The translations under genes were made by a program, and so were the position numbers. A stretch of 64,000 nt of DNA, from NCBI GenBank assembly GCA_029552125.1, contig JAKPEE010000128.1:6609-70608 (forward strand), in the 5' to 3' direction. The notes beneath the pieces were generated by a model. It was not told where the DNA came from. It saw only the letters and a program-made list of their open reading frames with translations, and ran no database searches. The stretch is from Bacillota bacterium. GTDB taxonomy: Bacteria; Bacillota; Dethiobacteria; DTU022. Shown here in pieces: positions 10,013-19,073 of this stretch; the stretch's first letter is position 1, and each line of letters starts with the position of its first letter.

Positions 10013-12784
10013 ATGGAACCATGGTACAAAATAGCCACACCGCGTAAAGAAGTACGGGAAGGGCGCTCTTTTAACCCGGATGAATTTGCCATCCACCTGG
10101 AGCAGGTTATCGCCGGAAGCGCCCCCGAGGACTACCGGGACCCGGGGCAGTTCTTTGCCCGCACTTTCTTTACCCGGGCTCTGCGCGATCATGCCGGGAT
10201 GGCGCTCCGGCGCCTGGCCGGTGAGACCTCGAATACAGCCCCGGTGATGACCTTGATTACCCAGTTTGGAGGAGGCAAGACCCATACCCTGACGACGTTA
10301 TATCACCTGGCCGCTGAAGGCGCTTCTGCCGCAGAATACCCGGGGGTGGCCGATTTAATCAGGGATGCCGGTTTAAACCAGGTGCCTGCAGCCCGGGTGG
10401 CGGCTTTTGTCGGCAATGCCTGGGATCCTCAAGAGGGCCGCGAAACACCCTGGATCGATCTTGCCCGGCAGCTGGCCGGGGAAAACGGGGTTAGGGAGTT
10501 GGGTCCGGCAGCTCATACTACGCCGCCGGGGACCGAAGCCCTGGGGCGGGTTTTTAAAGCCGCGGGAGGGCCAGTACTGATTCTTTTTGACGAGGTGTTA
10601 AATTTCCTGAACCGGCACCGGGGCATGGCCGAGCAGTTCCATTCTTTTATTCAAAACCTTACCGTAGCCATAACCGGCACCACCAATTGCGCCGCTATGA
10701 TCAGCCTGCCCCGCAGCCAGGTCGAGATGACCGAATGGGACATGCAGTGGCAGGAAAAGATCACCAAGGTGGTCAGGCGCGTGGCCAAGGACTTGATTGC
10801 CAATGATGAGACGGAAATCAGCGAGGTGGTGCGGCGCCGCCTTTTCGATGATCTTGGTAACGAGCGGGTTTGTAAAAAAGTTGCCGGGGTGTACGCCGAC
10901 TGGTGTTTTGAGCGCCGCGCACAGCTGCCTCCTGAGTGGACAGCTGTTGATAGCGCCGTTACCGAGGCCAGGGCCAGGGAACACCTGCGTAAGCGTTTCG
11001 AGTCCTGTTACCCCTTTCATCCGGCGTTGCTGTCGGTTTTTCAGCGCAAATGGCAAGCCCTCTCACAGTACCAGCAGACCAGGGGCACATTGGCCATGCT
11101 GGCACAGTGGATTTCCTGGGCTTACCGGACGGGATTTACCGAAGCCCGCCGCGAGCCCCTGATTACTCTCGGCTCTGCGCCCCTGGAGGTGCCGGAGTTT
11201 CGCAGCGTGGTGCTGGGCCAGTTGGGCGAATCCCGGTTGGTCGCTGCTATCGATTCAGATATAGCCGGTGAGCAATCTCATGCCCGGACCCTGGATGTAG
11301 ATACCAGCGGGCCGCTGCGTAATATTCATCGCCGGGTTGGCACGGCGATATTTTTCGAATCTTCGGGCGGGCAGGTTGACAGGGTGGCCCATCTGCCTGA
11401 GCTTCGTTTTGCACTCGGGGAACCGCAAGTAGACACGGCTTCTGTTGACAATGCTGCCTTTGCCCTGGAAAACAAATCGTACTTTATCCGCCGGGTCGGC
11501 ACGGACGGTTTCCGGATCGGCTACCAGCCGACCGTGAAGAAGGTGGTAAACGACCGGCGGGCCTCTCTGGATGAAGAAACAGAGATTATTCCGGCTATGC
11601 GCGCCCTGGTCAAGCAGGAATTCGAGCGGGGGTCGAATGTTCCACTGGTATGGTTCCCTACCGATAGCGCCGCAGTGCAGGATACACCCAGGTTAACCCT
11701 GGTTGTTGTTGATCCGGCGGTTGAATGGACCGGAAAAGGACAGATCCGCCAACAGATAGCGGAATGGACCAGGCGGCGCGGCAATTCGGATAGACTCTAC
11801 CCGGCGGCTTTGGTTTGGTGCTTGAAGAAGCCGGGACGTGAGCTGCGGGAAAAGGTAGAGCTGTGGCTGGCCTGGCGTAGGGTGCAAAAGGAGGTTGCCG
11901 AGGGCACTCTGGGTGGCGAATTCGACCGCGCTGACCTGTCGGATATTCGAGGGAATGTGGCCGAAGCGGAGACAGCCGCCAAAGATGAGGTCTGGGGCGG
12001 CTATCGGTACGCGGTTATCCTGGATAAAAATGAGCCTGATTGGCTCAAGGTCATAGACCTGGGAGCGGGACATGCCAGCAGCGGAGATACACTGAGCGGC
12101 CGGGTAATTACAGCATTGACAACTGGAGGTTTATTGAGCCAATCTGTAGGTGCAGGCTATATTGAACGGCATTGGTGGCCCCCTGCTCTGAAGGAATCCG
12201 GTGCCTGGCCCCTATCCAGCCTGCGGAAGAGCTTCCTTGACGGCTCGCTGACCCGGCTGCTTGACCCGGATGTTACTTTGCGGCAAAAAATTGTTGATTT
12301 TGTAGCACGAGGCGACTTCGGCCTGGCTTCCAACCCGAAAGCCGACGGCACCTATGAGCGGGTCTGGTTTGCTGAAAGAATCGAGCCTGAAGAAGTAAGT
12401 TTTGAACCGAAGGTATTTCTTTTACTGAAAGACAAAGCTAAAGCTTTAAAAGCGCCGCCCGAACCCGGTGTTGTGCCTTATCCTCCACACGGCGGCATAT
12501 CATTGCCGCCAGCGGATCCAGAACCTGTTCCTCAACCGGAGCCTCAGCCGGGGCCGGTTCCGGCCGGCAGCAAACGCACATTTCGGATTTCCGGGGAAAT
12601 CCCGCCTGAAATCTGGAACCGCCTGGGAACAAAGATAATCCCTAAACTCCGCAGCGGCAGCGATTTGCAGGTCAATGTATCATTTATCGTTACCGTTGAC
12701 GAACATCAGGCCCACAACCTCCAGGCTGAACTCAGGCAATTGCTGACAGATCTGAATCTGTCTGAAAAAATAAAAATTGATTGA
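10013..12784 (+). CDS. DUF499 (COG1483) AAA-type ATPase
   Basis: ATG at 10013 lies after GAGGTGA. The N-terminal MEPWYKIATPRKEVREG is typical of DUF499. P-loop-like ITQFGGGKTHTL; Walker B-like VLILFDEVLNF. Pro-rich linker, then a C-terminal domain. Confidence 0.8.
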   Translation: MEPWYKIATPRKEVREGRSFNPDEFAIHLEQVIAGSAPEDYRDPGQFFARTFFTRALRDHAGMALRRLAGETSNTAPVMTLITQFGGGKTHTLTTLYHLAAEGASAAEYPGVADLIRDAGLNQVPAARVAAFVGNAWDPQEGRETPWIDLARQLAGENGVRELGPAAHTTPPGTEALGRVFKAAGGPVLILFDEVLNFLNRHRGMAEQFHSFIQNLTVAITGTTNCAAMISLPRSQVEMTEWDMQWQEKITKVVRRVAKDLIANDETEISEVVRRRLFDDLGNERVCKKVAGVYADWCFERRAQLPPEWTAVDSAVTEARAREHLRKRFESCYPFHPALLSVFQRKWQALSQYQQTRGTLAMLAQWISWAYRTGFTEARREPLITLGSAPLEVPEFRSVVLGQLGESRLVAAIDSDIAGEQSHARTLDVDTSGPLRNIHRRVGTAIFFESSGGQVDRVAHLPELRFALGEPQVDTASVDNAAFALENKSYFIRRVGTDGFRIGYQPTVKKVVNDRRASLDEETEIIPAMRALVKQEFERGSNVPLVWFPTDSAAVQDTPRLTLVVVDPAVEWTGKGQIRQQIAEWTRRRGNSDRLYPAALVWCLKKPGRELREKVELWLAWRRVQKEVAEGTLGGEFDRADLSDIRGNVAEAETAAKDEVWGGYRYAVILDKNEPDWLKVIDLGAGHASSGDTLSGRVITALTTGGLLSQSVGAGYIERHWWPPALKESGAWPLSSLRKSFLDGSLTRLLDPDVTLRQKIVDFVARGDFGLASNPKADGTYERVWFAERIEPEEVSFEPKVFLLLKDKAKALKAPPEPGVVPYPPHGGISLPPADPEPVPQPEPQPGPVPAGSKRTFRISGEIPPEIWNRLGTKIIPKLRSGSDLQVNVSFIVTVDEHQAHNLQAELRQLLTDLNLSEKIKID

Positions 12785-13200
12785 AATAGTAGCGTGCGTA
12801 TCAATGCCGTGTTTTTCAGGGTATTTCGAGACGTGGGCGGGTAGGACATCTCCTTCGAGCGCTTTCACAACGAGCCTTGCCGGTGTCAGTCAACGGCAAG
12901 TAGAGCGGATTAACGGAGTAAATAGAAATATGATGCAAAGAGCTTGTTTTCCGATGAGTCAAAGTCACCGTCCTTCTGTCTCTCTGGTAGGAAATAGTTA
13001 TAAAATTATTGAAATATAAACTATCAAGGTATACTGATGCTGATGTTGGATTGGGGGCTCGATTTGGACTTCTTGTTCTGTGCGACGCTTGGGTGGACGA
13101 TGATGAAGGTTAACCGCCTCTCGTCAATTTCCCACACTATGTAAATATACGCAATATTGGGGATAGTTAACAAAAATCGAGAAAGGAAGAACGAGGTGCC

Positions 13201-15108
13201 ATGAAAAAGCCAACCCGCGAGCTGGTTGAAGCCTTTTTTTCCTGGTTCTGGAATAGTGAACACTCCACATATGAAGATCATTATGCACAAATGGTGACGC
13301 AGGAAAATCTGTCCCAGATGGAACGTGATGAGTTCATAAATTTCTTCTACCAGTTCGCCTACGACGGCGGAAAGGTGCAAACCGGTGGGTATCGGACAGC
13401 CTCGGACTTCCGCGCCACCATTGAGGAGAAGTATGACAAATTCCGGCTGTTTATTTTGGAACCGTTCACGGAATCGTTCGATGAATACCGGTGGCTTGAG
13501 CGCGCCCGCGAGTTTCCATACTTCGGTGTGGGCCTGGCGACAATCTTCCTAAACCGTGTTGACAAGAAGCGTTTTGCTATCGTCAACAATAAGGCGGTTG
13601 AGGCAGTTAAGCTCTTCGGCGTGTCAGTCCCAACGGGTATCGTGGCCCGCTATCAAGCCGTCCGCGACGCCTGGCGGCAGCTTATCGAGTGGTATCCCGA
13701 ATTTGAAACCTTTTTCCGCACGGATGCACTCAGCCAGTTCCTTATCGGCGAGGATTCCGGCAAGCCGTGGGCTGATAAACTCAGGAAGCATAATGGTGAG
13801 TTAACAGAGAAGCGGTATTGGATCTACGCGCCGGGGGAGCGGGCCAGGCACTGGGACGAATACAGCCGCAACGGCCTGATGGGTGTTGGATGGGACAATA
13901 TTCGGGAAGATCTCTCCTTATATCCAACAGAAGAAAAATTGAGGGAAATGTACAACGAGCGGTATGGCGACCAGGCCACAGATGTGGATTTCCGGCAGTT
14001 GTGCGATTTTGTGCATAAGATGCGGATAGGTGATGGCGTTTTCGTCAAGCGCGGGACCAAGGAACTTGTTGGATATGGTGAAGTGTCGTCGGCATATTTC
14101 TATGACCCGGAGCGGCCGGAATACCGTCATCTTCGCCGGGTGAAATGGAAGTATACCGGCAAATGGACGATTCCGGATGACTGGACTAGTTTGCCGGCAA
14201 AAACGCTAACGGAACTCCATGACAGTAATCGCGTACAGCGTTACCTGGCGCTACTCAGGGATTCGAACAAAATAATAAACCCGGAATACCCGCTGGCACA
14301 ATTCGCTGCAGATACCCATTTTGACATAGAGAATATCCAGCGTTGGGTGCGAGCAATTGAACGAAAGAAACAGGCGATCTTCTACGGGCCACCGGGAACG
14401 GGGAAGACGTTCGTTGCAGAGAAGATGGCCCGGCACTTGATTGGCGGCAGCGACGGCTTCAGCGAGATTGTCCAGTTTCATCCTTCCTATGCCTATGAAG
14501 ATTTCATACAAGGATTGCGGCCGCGTGCTGTATCCGGCGGGGGCTTGGAATATGCCATGGTCCCGGGGCGCTTCCGGGAATTCTGCAGACGGGCCCAAGA
14601 GTGCAGCGGCCGGTGCGTCTTGATTATAGACGAGATAAACCGGGCGAATCTCTCGCGCGTGTTTGGAGAGCTAATGTTCTTGCTCGAATATCGCGATCAG
14701 GCTATACCGTTGGCCGGTGGAGAGCGATTTCAGATACCGGCTAACGTCAGGATTATCGGGACTATGAATACAGCTGATCGCTCAATAGCCCTTGTAGATC
14801 ATGCGCTGCGCCGCCGCTTTGCCTTTCTGGGGCTGTATCCAAATTACGAGATACTGCGGCGCTTCCATGCCAATACAGGCTTCTCACCAGAGGGCCTTAT
14901 TGGTCTGCTCGAACGGCTGAATGCCGCCATCAATGACCGGCACTACTCGGTGGGCATCAGTTTTTTCTTATCTCCAAACATAAAGGAAGAGATTGAAGAC
15001 ATTTGGCAAATGGAAATTGAGCCGTACATCGAGGAGTTATTTTTCGATCAGCCGGACAAGGCGGCCAGTTTCGCATGGGAGAAAATCAAAGCAGAGATTT
15101 TGAGATGA
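13201..15108 (+). CDS. mcrB: McrB-like AAA+ GTPase (type IV restriction subunit) with an N-terminal extension of about 390 aa
   Basis: FYGPPGTGKTF (Walker A), LIIDEINRANLSRVFGELMFLLEYR (the McrB signature) and IIGTMNTADRS. The N-terminal 390 aa precede the motor. Confidence 0.85.
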   Translation: MKKPTRELVEAFFSWFWNSEHSTYEDHYAQMVTQENLSQMERDEFINFFYQFAYDGGKVQTGGYRTASDFRATIEEKYDKFRLFILEPFTESFDEYRWLERAREFPYFGVGLATIFLNRVDKKRFAIVNNKAVEAVKLFGVSVPTGIVARYQAVRDAWRQLIEWYPEFETFFRTDALSQFLIGEDSGKPWADKLRKHNGELTEKRYWIYAPGERARHWDEYSRNGLMGVGWDNIREDLSLYPTEEKLREMYNERYGDQATDVDFRQLCDFVHKMRIGDGVFVKRGTKELVGYGEVSSAYFYDPERPEYRHLRRVKWKYTGKWTIPDDWTSLPAKTLTELHDSNRVQRYLALLRDSNKIINPEYPLAQFAADTHFDIENIQRWVRAIERKKQAIFYGPPGTGKTFVAEKMARHLIGGSDGFSEIVQFHPSYAYEDFIQGLRPRAVSGGGLEYAMVPGRFREFCRRAQECSGRCVLIIDEINRANLSRVFGELMFLLEYRDQAIPLAGGERFQIPANVRIIGTMNTADRSIALVDHALRRRFAFLGLYPNYEILRRFHANTGFSPEGLIGLLERLNAAINDRHYSVGISFFLSPNIKEEIEDIWQMEIEPYIEELFFDQPDKAASFAWEKIKAEILR

Positions 15109-16328
15109 CTGCAGGAAAGCTTCGCATTGTTGAACTTACCGAATACCAAACCCGTTCCTTACGCGAAGATGAACTGGCGGAGGAGATCGGCAGGGCCATC
15201 CACACTTTTTATGGCAAGCAAATTGCCGTCCAACCGCCGTCCTTTCTCACCGACAGGTGCTGGCAACTGACGTCACAAGGATGGGTCGGCTATATCCCCC
15301 TTACGGATGCCTTTCACCTTTCGCTGGTTCCCAAGGTTCCCGTTGCAAACCTGTTCCGTATGCTGGAGTACGCTTATCGTCTTGATTTTACAATACTTGA
15401 AGGATTGATGGACTCGGAGTCGATAACAGAACTGTACGAGCGGCTGGCGCTTGTACTGGCAAAGCGTGTGCTGGATCGGATTCGCCGGGGAGCATACCGC
15501 TCTTATGTGCCGCAAAATGACTATCTTCCCTATATCCGTGGCAGGATCGACGTCATGGATCATGTGAGAAATCTTCAGCGAGTTGCACTGCCGTGCAATT
15601 TCGAAGAGCACACAGCAGACCTGGAAGAGAACCAGATTCTGCTCTGGACTCTTACAAGAATCCTGGAAAGCGGAATATGCACTGAGCGGAGCCTGCCGCA
15701 TATTCGACAAGCACGCCGTGCATTGCTCGGGCTTACGACACTTCAACCTTTCTCCGCGCGGGCATGCAGCAATCGGCTCTACAACCGTCTGAACCAGGAC
15801 TACGAACCGTTGCATGCGCTGTGCAGGTTTTTTCTTGAGCACATCGGACCGACACATCGGCTAGGGAACCACCGCATGCTCCCAATTTTAATCGATATGG
15901 ATAGGCTGTTTGAGCTGTTCGTTGTTGAATGGCTAAGGAAGCACGTTCCCGCTCGATACTCTGTCCTGGGTCAGGAGAACGTGCAATTTCACATGGGGCA
16001 TATCGTCTCCATCAGCATCGACATTACTGTAGAAGATTTGGAAACCGGGCAGACGGTGTTTGTTCTGGATACGAAGTACAAGGCAGCCGCAAGTCCGGCG
16101 GCGGCCGACTTAGAGCAGGTCGTTGCGTATGCAGAGGCAAAGGGCTGCACGAGGGCTGCCCTAATCTACCCCACTGAGCTTGCATGCCCCATCTCCGGTT
16201 TCTGGGGTAGGGACATCAGTGTGCGTTCTCTGGCCTTCCGTCTTGACGGGGACATTGAGGAGTCCGGCCACCGTCTCCTGGAGGAGCTCCGATTGTGGGC
16301 GGAGTCCGGGGCGCCCGGCTCCCGGTGA
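15105..16328 (+). CDS. mcrC: McrC-like nuclease subunit
   Basis: ATG at 15105 overlaps the mcrB TGA (ATGA). GWVGYIPL...LSLVPK is a typical McrC N-terminus. The C-terminal VLDTKYK...DLEQVVAYA is a PD-(D/E)xK-like core. Confidence 0.8.
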   Translation: MTAGKLRIVELTEYQTRSLREDELAEEIGRAIHTFYGKQIAVQPPSFLTDRCWQLTSQGWVGYIPLTDAFHLSLVPKVPVANLFRMLEYAYRLDFTILEGLMDSESITELYERLALVLAKRVLDRIRRGAYRSYVPQNDYLPYIRGRIDVMDHVRNLQRVALPCNFEEHTADLEENQILLWTLTRILESGICTERSLPHIRQARRALLGLTTLQPFSARACSNRLYNRLNQDYEPLHALCRFFLEHIGPTHRLGNHRMLPILIDMDRLFELFVVEWLRKHVPARYSVLGQENVQFHMGHIVSISIDITVEDLETGQTVFVLDTKYKAAASPAAADLEQVVAYAEAKGCTRAALIYPTELACPISGFWGRDISVRSLAFRLDGDIEESGHRLLEELRLWAESGAPGSR

Positions 16329-16766
16329 TCTGCTATTGCTCGCACTGGGGCTGGAGCAAGCCCATCATGACTTTGTAGAGTATGGAGTTATGGCTTTAGC
16401 GACTTTTTTTATTGGTCTAACGATTAACGCTAAATCCAGGTCGGATAAGTGGCTAAAAGGACTGTTAATGGTTCATGGAGTCTTTTTTATAAGCTGTTTT
16501 CTTAGCCGATGCTTGGGGTGTTTAATTCGAAGTGAAGGGCGTTGATTGGATAGGAGTTTTGATTTTAGAAGTGTGGTGTTTCTACTTCTTGCCAATATGC
16601 ATATTGCATACTTCATTTTGCAAGTAAGAGCAATCAGTGAAAACCAGTGGTAGGCAAACCTATATGTTGACAATAAATATTTATGGATGTAACATGAAAT
16701 TACAGTAACTGCCAACTAACGTTGTGTTCCTATTCGTGTTACTATATGGAGAGGAGGGATGGAGCA

Positions 16767-17051
16767 GTGCGAAAGATAACTAAAGTTCGAGTATTACAAG
16801 ATTATAGATTAGAGTTGGAATTTGACGATGGCATATGCGGAACCGTCGATCTTTCTGACCTTGTAGGAAAAGGAGTTTTTTCCCTGTGGCAAGACTACTG
16901 CGCCTTTGAACAGGTCCGTATCGGTTCATCTGGTCAACTTGTCTGGAGCGATAAAGTAGATCTCTGTCCTGATGCCCTTTACCTCAAGGTAACAGGTAAA
17001 AAGCCGGAGGATGTTTTCCCCGCGCTGCGCCATGAGACTACACGTGCCTGA
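16767..17051 (+). CDS. DUF2442 family protein
   Basis: GTG at 16767 lies 8 nt after GAGAGGAGGG. ITKVRVLQDYRLELEFDDG...DLCPDALY matches my memory of DUF2442. Confidence 0.65.
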   Translation: MRKITKVRVLQDYRLELEFDDGICGTVDLSDLVGKGVFSLWQDYCAFEQVRIGSSGQLVWSDKVDLCPDALYLKVTGKKPEDVFPALRHETTRA

Positions 17052-17304
17052 GATTAGTCGTTTTTTCGGTATTGTCATTAAGATGTTTTTCGAAGATCAC
17101 AATCCGCCGCACTTTCATGCGGAGTACGGTGCTGACTCTGCACTGATTGATATCCGCACTCTTTCCGTTTTTGCTGGCCGTCTACCGCCCCGTGCGCTGG
17201 GCCTTGTAATTGAATGGGCCACACTTAATCAGGAAGCCCTCTTCGCTAACTGGGAAAGGGCCTCTACACAGCAGGAACTACAGGAAATCGCACCCCTGGA
17301 ATAG
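17044..17304 (+). CDS. DUF4160 family protein
   Basis: A GTG start overlaps the DUF2442 stop. (M)PEISRFFGIVIKMFFEDHNPPHFHAEYG is the hallmark N-terminus of DUF4160. Confidence 0.7.
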   Translation: MPEISRFFGIVIKMFFEDHNPPHFHAEYGADSALIDIRTLSVFAGRLPPRALGLVIEWATLNQEALFANWERASTQQELQEIAPLE

Positions 17305-17487
17305 TTATACAGGCATCTTTACAATTACCATGTCAGTAAACGGCAATAGGGCGGATTACCGGGATGAAGACTCATCCAGTGAGACAAAACAGCCTTGACA
17401 TCTTCTGGCTGCCGGAAGAGGGCTGCTGGGAGCGGTTTTCGAACAAAGACAAGGAGAGATTAATGCTATGCTTCGGGGGCAAAACAA

Positions 17488-17784
17488 TTGAAATCGCTGG
17501 ATGAACGGTTAACCGAAGTCAGGGAAAAGATGAGATACAAGCAAAAGCTGGAGAAAGACCTGCAACAGATAAAAGTGTCCCTGGCGGCAGAGCGGGAAAA
17601 ATACGCCAACCTGAATAAACAGTTGCTTAAAGAAGGCCGCGATGTTAAAAAGCTTGAGGGCCTGAGCCTTACCGGGCTGTTTTTGACCATTCTCGGCAGT
17701 AAAAAGGCGCAACTGGAAAAAGAGCGCCAGGAGTACCTGGCCGCCAGGCTCAGGTTTGACGAGTGCCCCATGATTGGAGGATAA
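17488..17784 (+). CDS. coiled-coil protein fragment (probably truncated)
   Basis: 98-aa ORF with a TTG start. It has heptad-like K/E-rich sequence and ends abruptly (..RLRFDECPMIGG) just before a strong hairpin. Confidence 0.3.
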   Translation: MKSLDERLTEVREKMRYKQKLEKDLQQIKVSLAAEREKYANLNKQLLKEGRDVKKLEGLSLTGLFLTILGSKKAQLEKERQEYLAARLRFDECPMIGG

Positions 17785-17790
17785 AAATGG

Positions 17791-17825
17791 GGGACAGACC
17801 GGCGTAAATAACGTCGGTCTGTCCC
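17791..17825 (-). terminator. strong hairpin terminator between convergent genes
   Basis: GGGACAGACCGGCGT-AAATA-ACGTCGGTCTGTCCC forms a stem of about 16 bp. On the minus strand it is followed by a U-run (+ strand AAAAAT at 17785-17790). Confidence 0.7.
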
Positions 17826-17861
17826 TGGTTATACGTCTCTTTGCTTAACTGCGGTTAAGCG

Positions 17862-19016
17862 CTAACGGCGTTTCCGGCGCAGGATGGCATATCCCGCCGC
17901 CAATGCAGCCGCCCCGGCTAAGCCGAACAAGGGGAGGGCTCCGGCGGTTTTTGGCAGCTTCTTTTTGGGGGTAGGGGCTTCATCCCCTTCTCCGGGTTCT
18001 TCCCCGGGTTCTTCTTCCCCTTCGCCGGGTTCTTCCCCGGGTTCTTCTTCACTATCCTCAGCAACTATAAACGTGGCCTCGAGCGGGCTGCTCCATGAAG
18101 TGCCATCAGAGACGGCAGCCACTACGGTATACGTTCCCGGCGTGCTGATGTTGAAGCCGGCGCCGTCGTAGAGATACCTGTCTGCGGTTGTGGACGGGTC
18201 TGTTCCGGTTTCACCGGGAGTGACGGTATACCAGCACTGATGGGGGCTGCCAGGCATCCCCGTCGTGTCGATCGTAATTAAGGTCGATGTGTCGATATTA
18301 CCGCCGTTGGGGGTGAACCAGTTGGGCGGGTAGTAGACCGTAACGAAGTAGGTTTTGTTGGGAGTTCCACCGGGAGCTGATACTACAACATTGACCGTGG
18401 TGGCGCCATGCTGCAGGCCGGATAACGAGCAAAAGCCGCGTGCAAGGCCGTAAAGGGGGTCGCCTAAAGTACCGGGATTCCCGTTGAATGTGACAGTTGC
18501 ATTGGAATCGGCCAGAAAATAGCCGAAGTTAATGCTGCCGGTGATACGAGATGCGGTTGTATAGGCGGTTGTGTCGTAATGAAAGGGTGGGCTCCACATC
18601 CCTCCCCCGGTATTCCACAGGCTTACCAGCTCTTCGCTACCAAGGTAGGTGAACAGGTCGGCATCGCTCTCGGCGCTGCTACCCTCCGCCGTAGTTACGG
18701 TCACGTGTACCGTGCCGCTTCCCGCGGGCGCGGTAGCCGTGATCTTTGTGTCGGAATCAACAGTGAATTCGGTGGTGGCGACGCTCCCGAACTTGACTTC
18801 AGTCGCGCCGGTGAAGCCGCTGCCGTTAATCGTCACCACGGCTCCTTCGGCTCCCCATGGGTTACCCCGATAATTTACGGCGCTGCTCACCGTCGGCGCG
18901 GCCGCATAGGCCGTCAGCGGCGCAACGCTCATCACCAGCAGAACCATGATGATGAATATACACGGGAACAGTAAATAATGAGTTTTCCTGGCGGCATTTT
19001 GTGTTACAAAACGCAT
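17862..19016 (-). CDS. secreted cell-surface protein with an IPT/TIG-like domain, an acidic PGE repeat linker and an LPxTG-like anchor
   Basis: Signal peptide ..VAPLTAYAAAP. The IPT-like segment is GAVVTINGSGFTGATEVKFGSVATTEFTVDSDTKITATAPAGSGTVHVTV. Linker (EEPGE/GEG)n. C-terminal LPKTAG, then a hydrophobic stretch, then RRKRR. Confidence 0.75.
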   Translation of the reverse strand: MRFVTQNAARKTHYLLFPCIFIIMVLLVMSVAPLTAYAAAPTVSSAVNYRGNPWGAEGAVVTINGSGFTGATEVKFGSVATTEFTVDSDTKITATAPAGSGTVHVTVTTAEGSSAESDADLFTYLGSEELVSLWNTGGGMWSPPFHYDTTAYTTASRITGSINFGYFLADSNATVTFNGNPGTLGDPLYGLARGFCSLSGLQHGATTVNVVVSAPGGTPNKTYFVTVYYPPNWFTPNGGNIDTSTLITIDTTGMPGSPHQCWYTVTPGETGTDPSTTADRYLYDGAGFNISTPGTYTVVAAVSDGTSWSSPLEATFIVAEDSEEEPGEEPGEGEEEPGEEPGEGDEAPTPKKKLPKTAGALPLFGLAGAAALAAGYAILRRKRR

Positions 19017-19073
19017 TAAACATCAACTCCCTGTTTTAAATTTGAGTGATTGCCTTTCCTACAGCAGCAGTAA

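Noticed and set aside
13009-13035. Sigma-A promoter for mcrB (TTGAAA ... TATACT)
   Set aside because: The spacer is only 15 nt if TATACT is used, and the -10 is poor if a 17-nt spacer is enforced. It is too weak to report as a feature.
13024-13380. 118-aa minus-strand ORF overlapping the mcrB start
   Set aside because: It is antisense to the mcrB 5' end, has no RBS, and has a hydrophobic low-complexity translation.
16180-16715. ORFs 16180..16545 (+) and 16473..16715 (-) in the mcrC to DUF2442 spacer
   Set aside because: One overlaps the mcrC 3' end out of frame, and the other is lysine/leucine-rich junk. Neither has translation signals. I treated the region as intergenic and promoter sequence.
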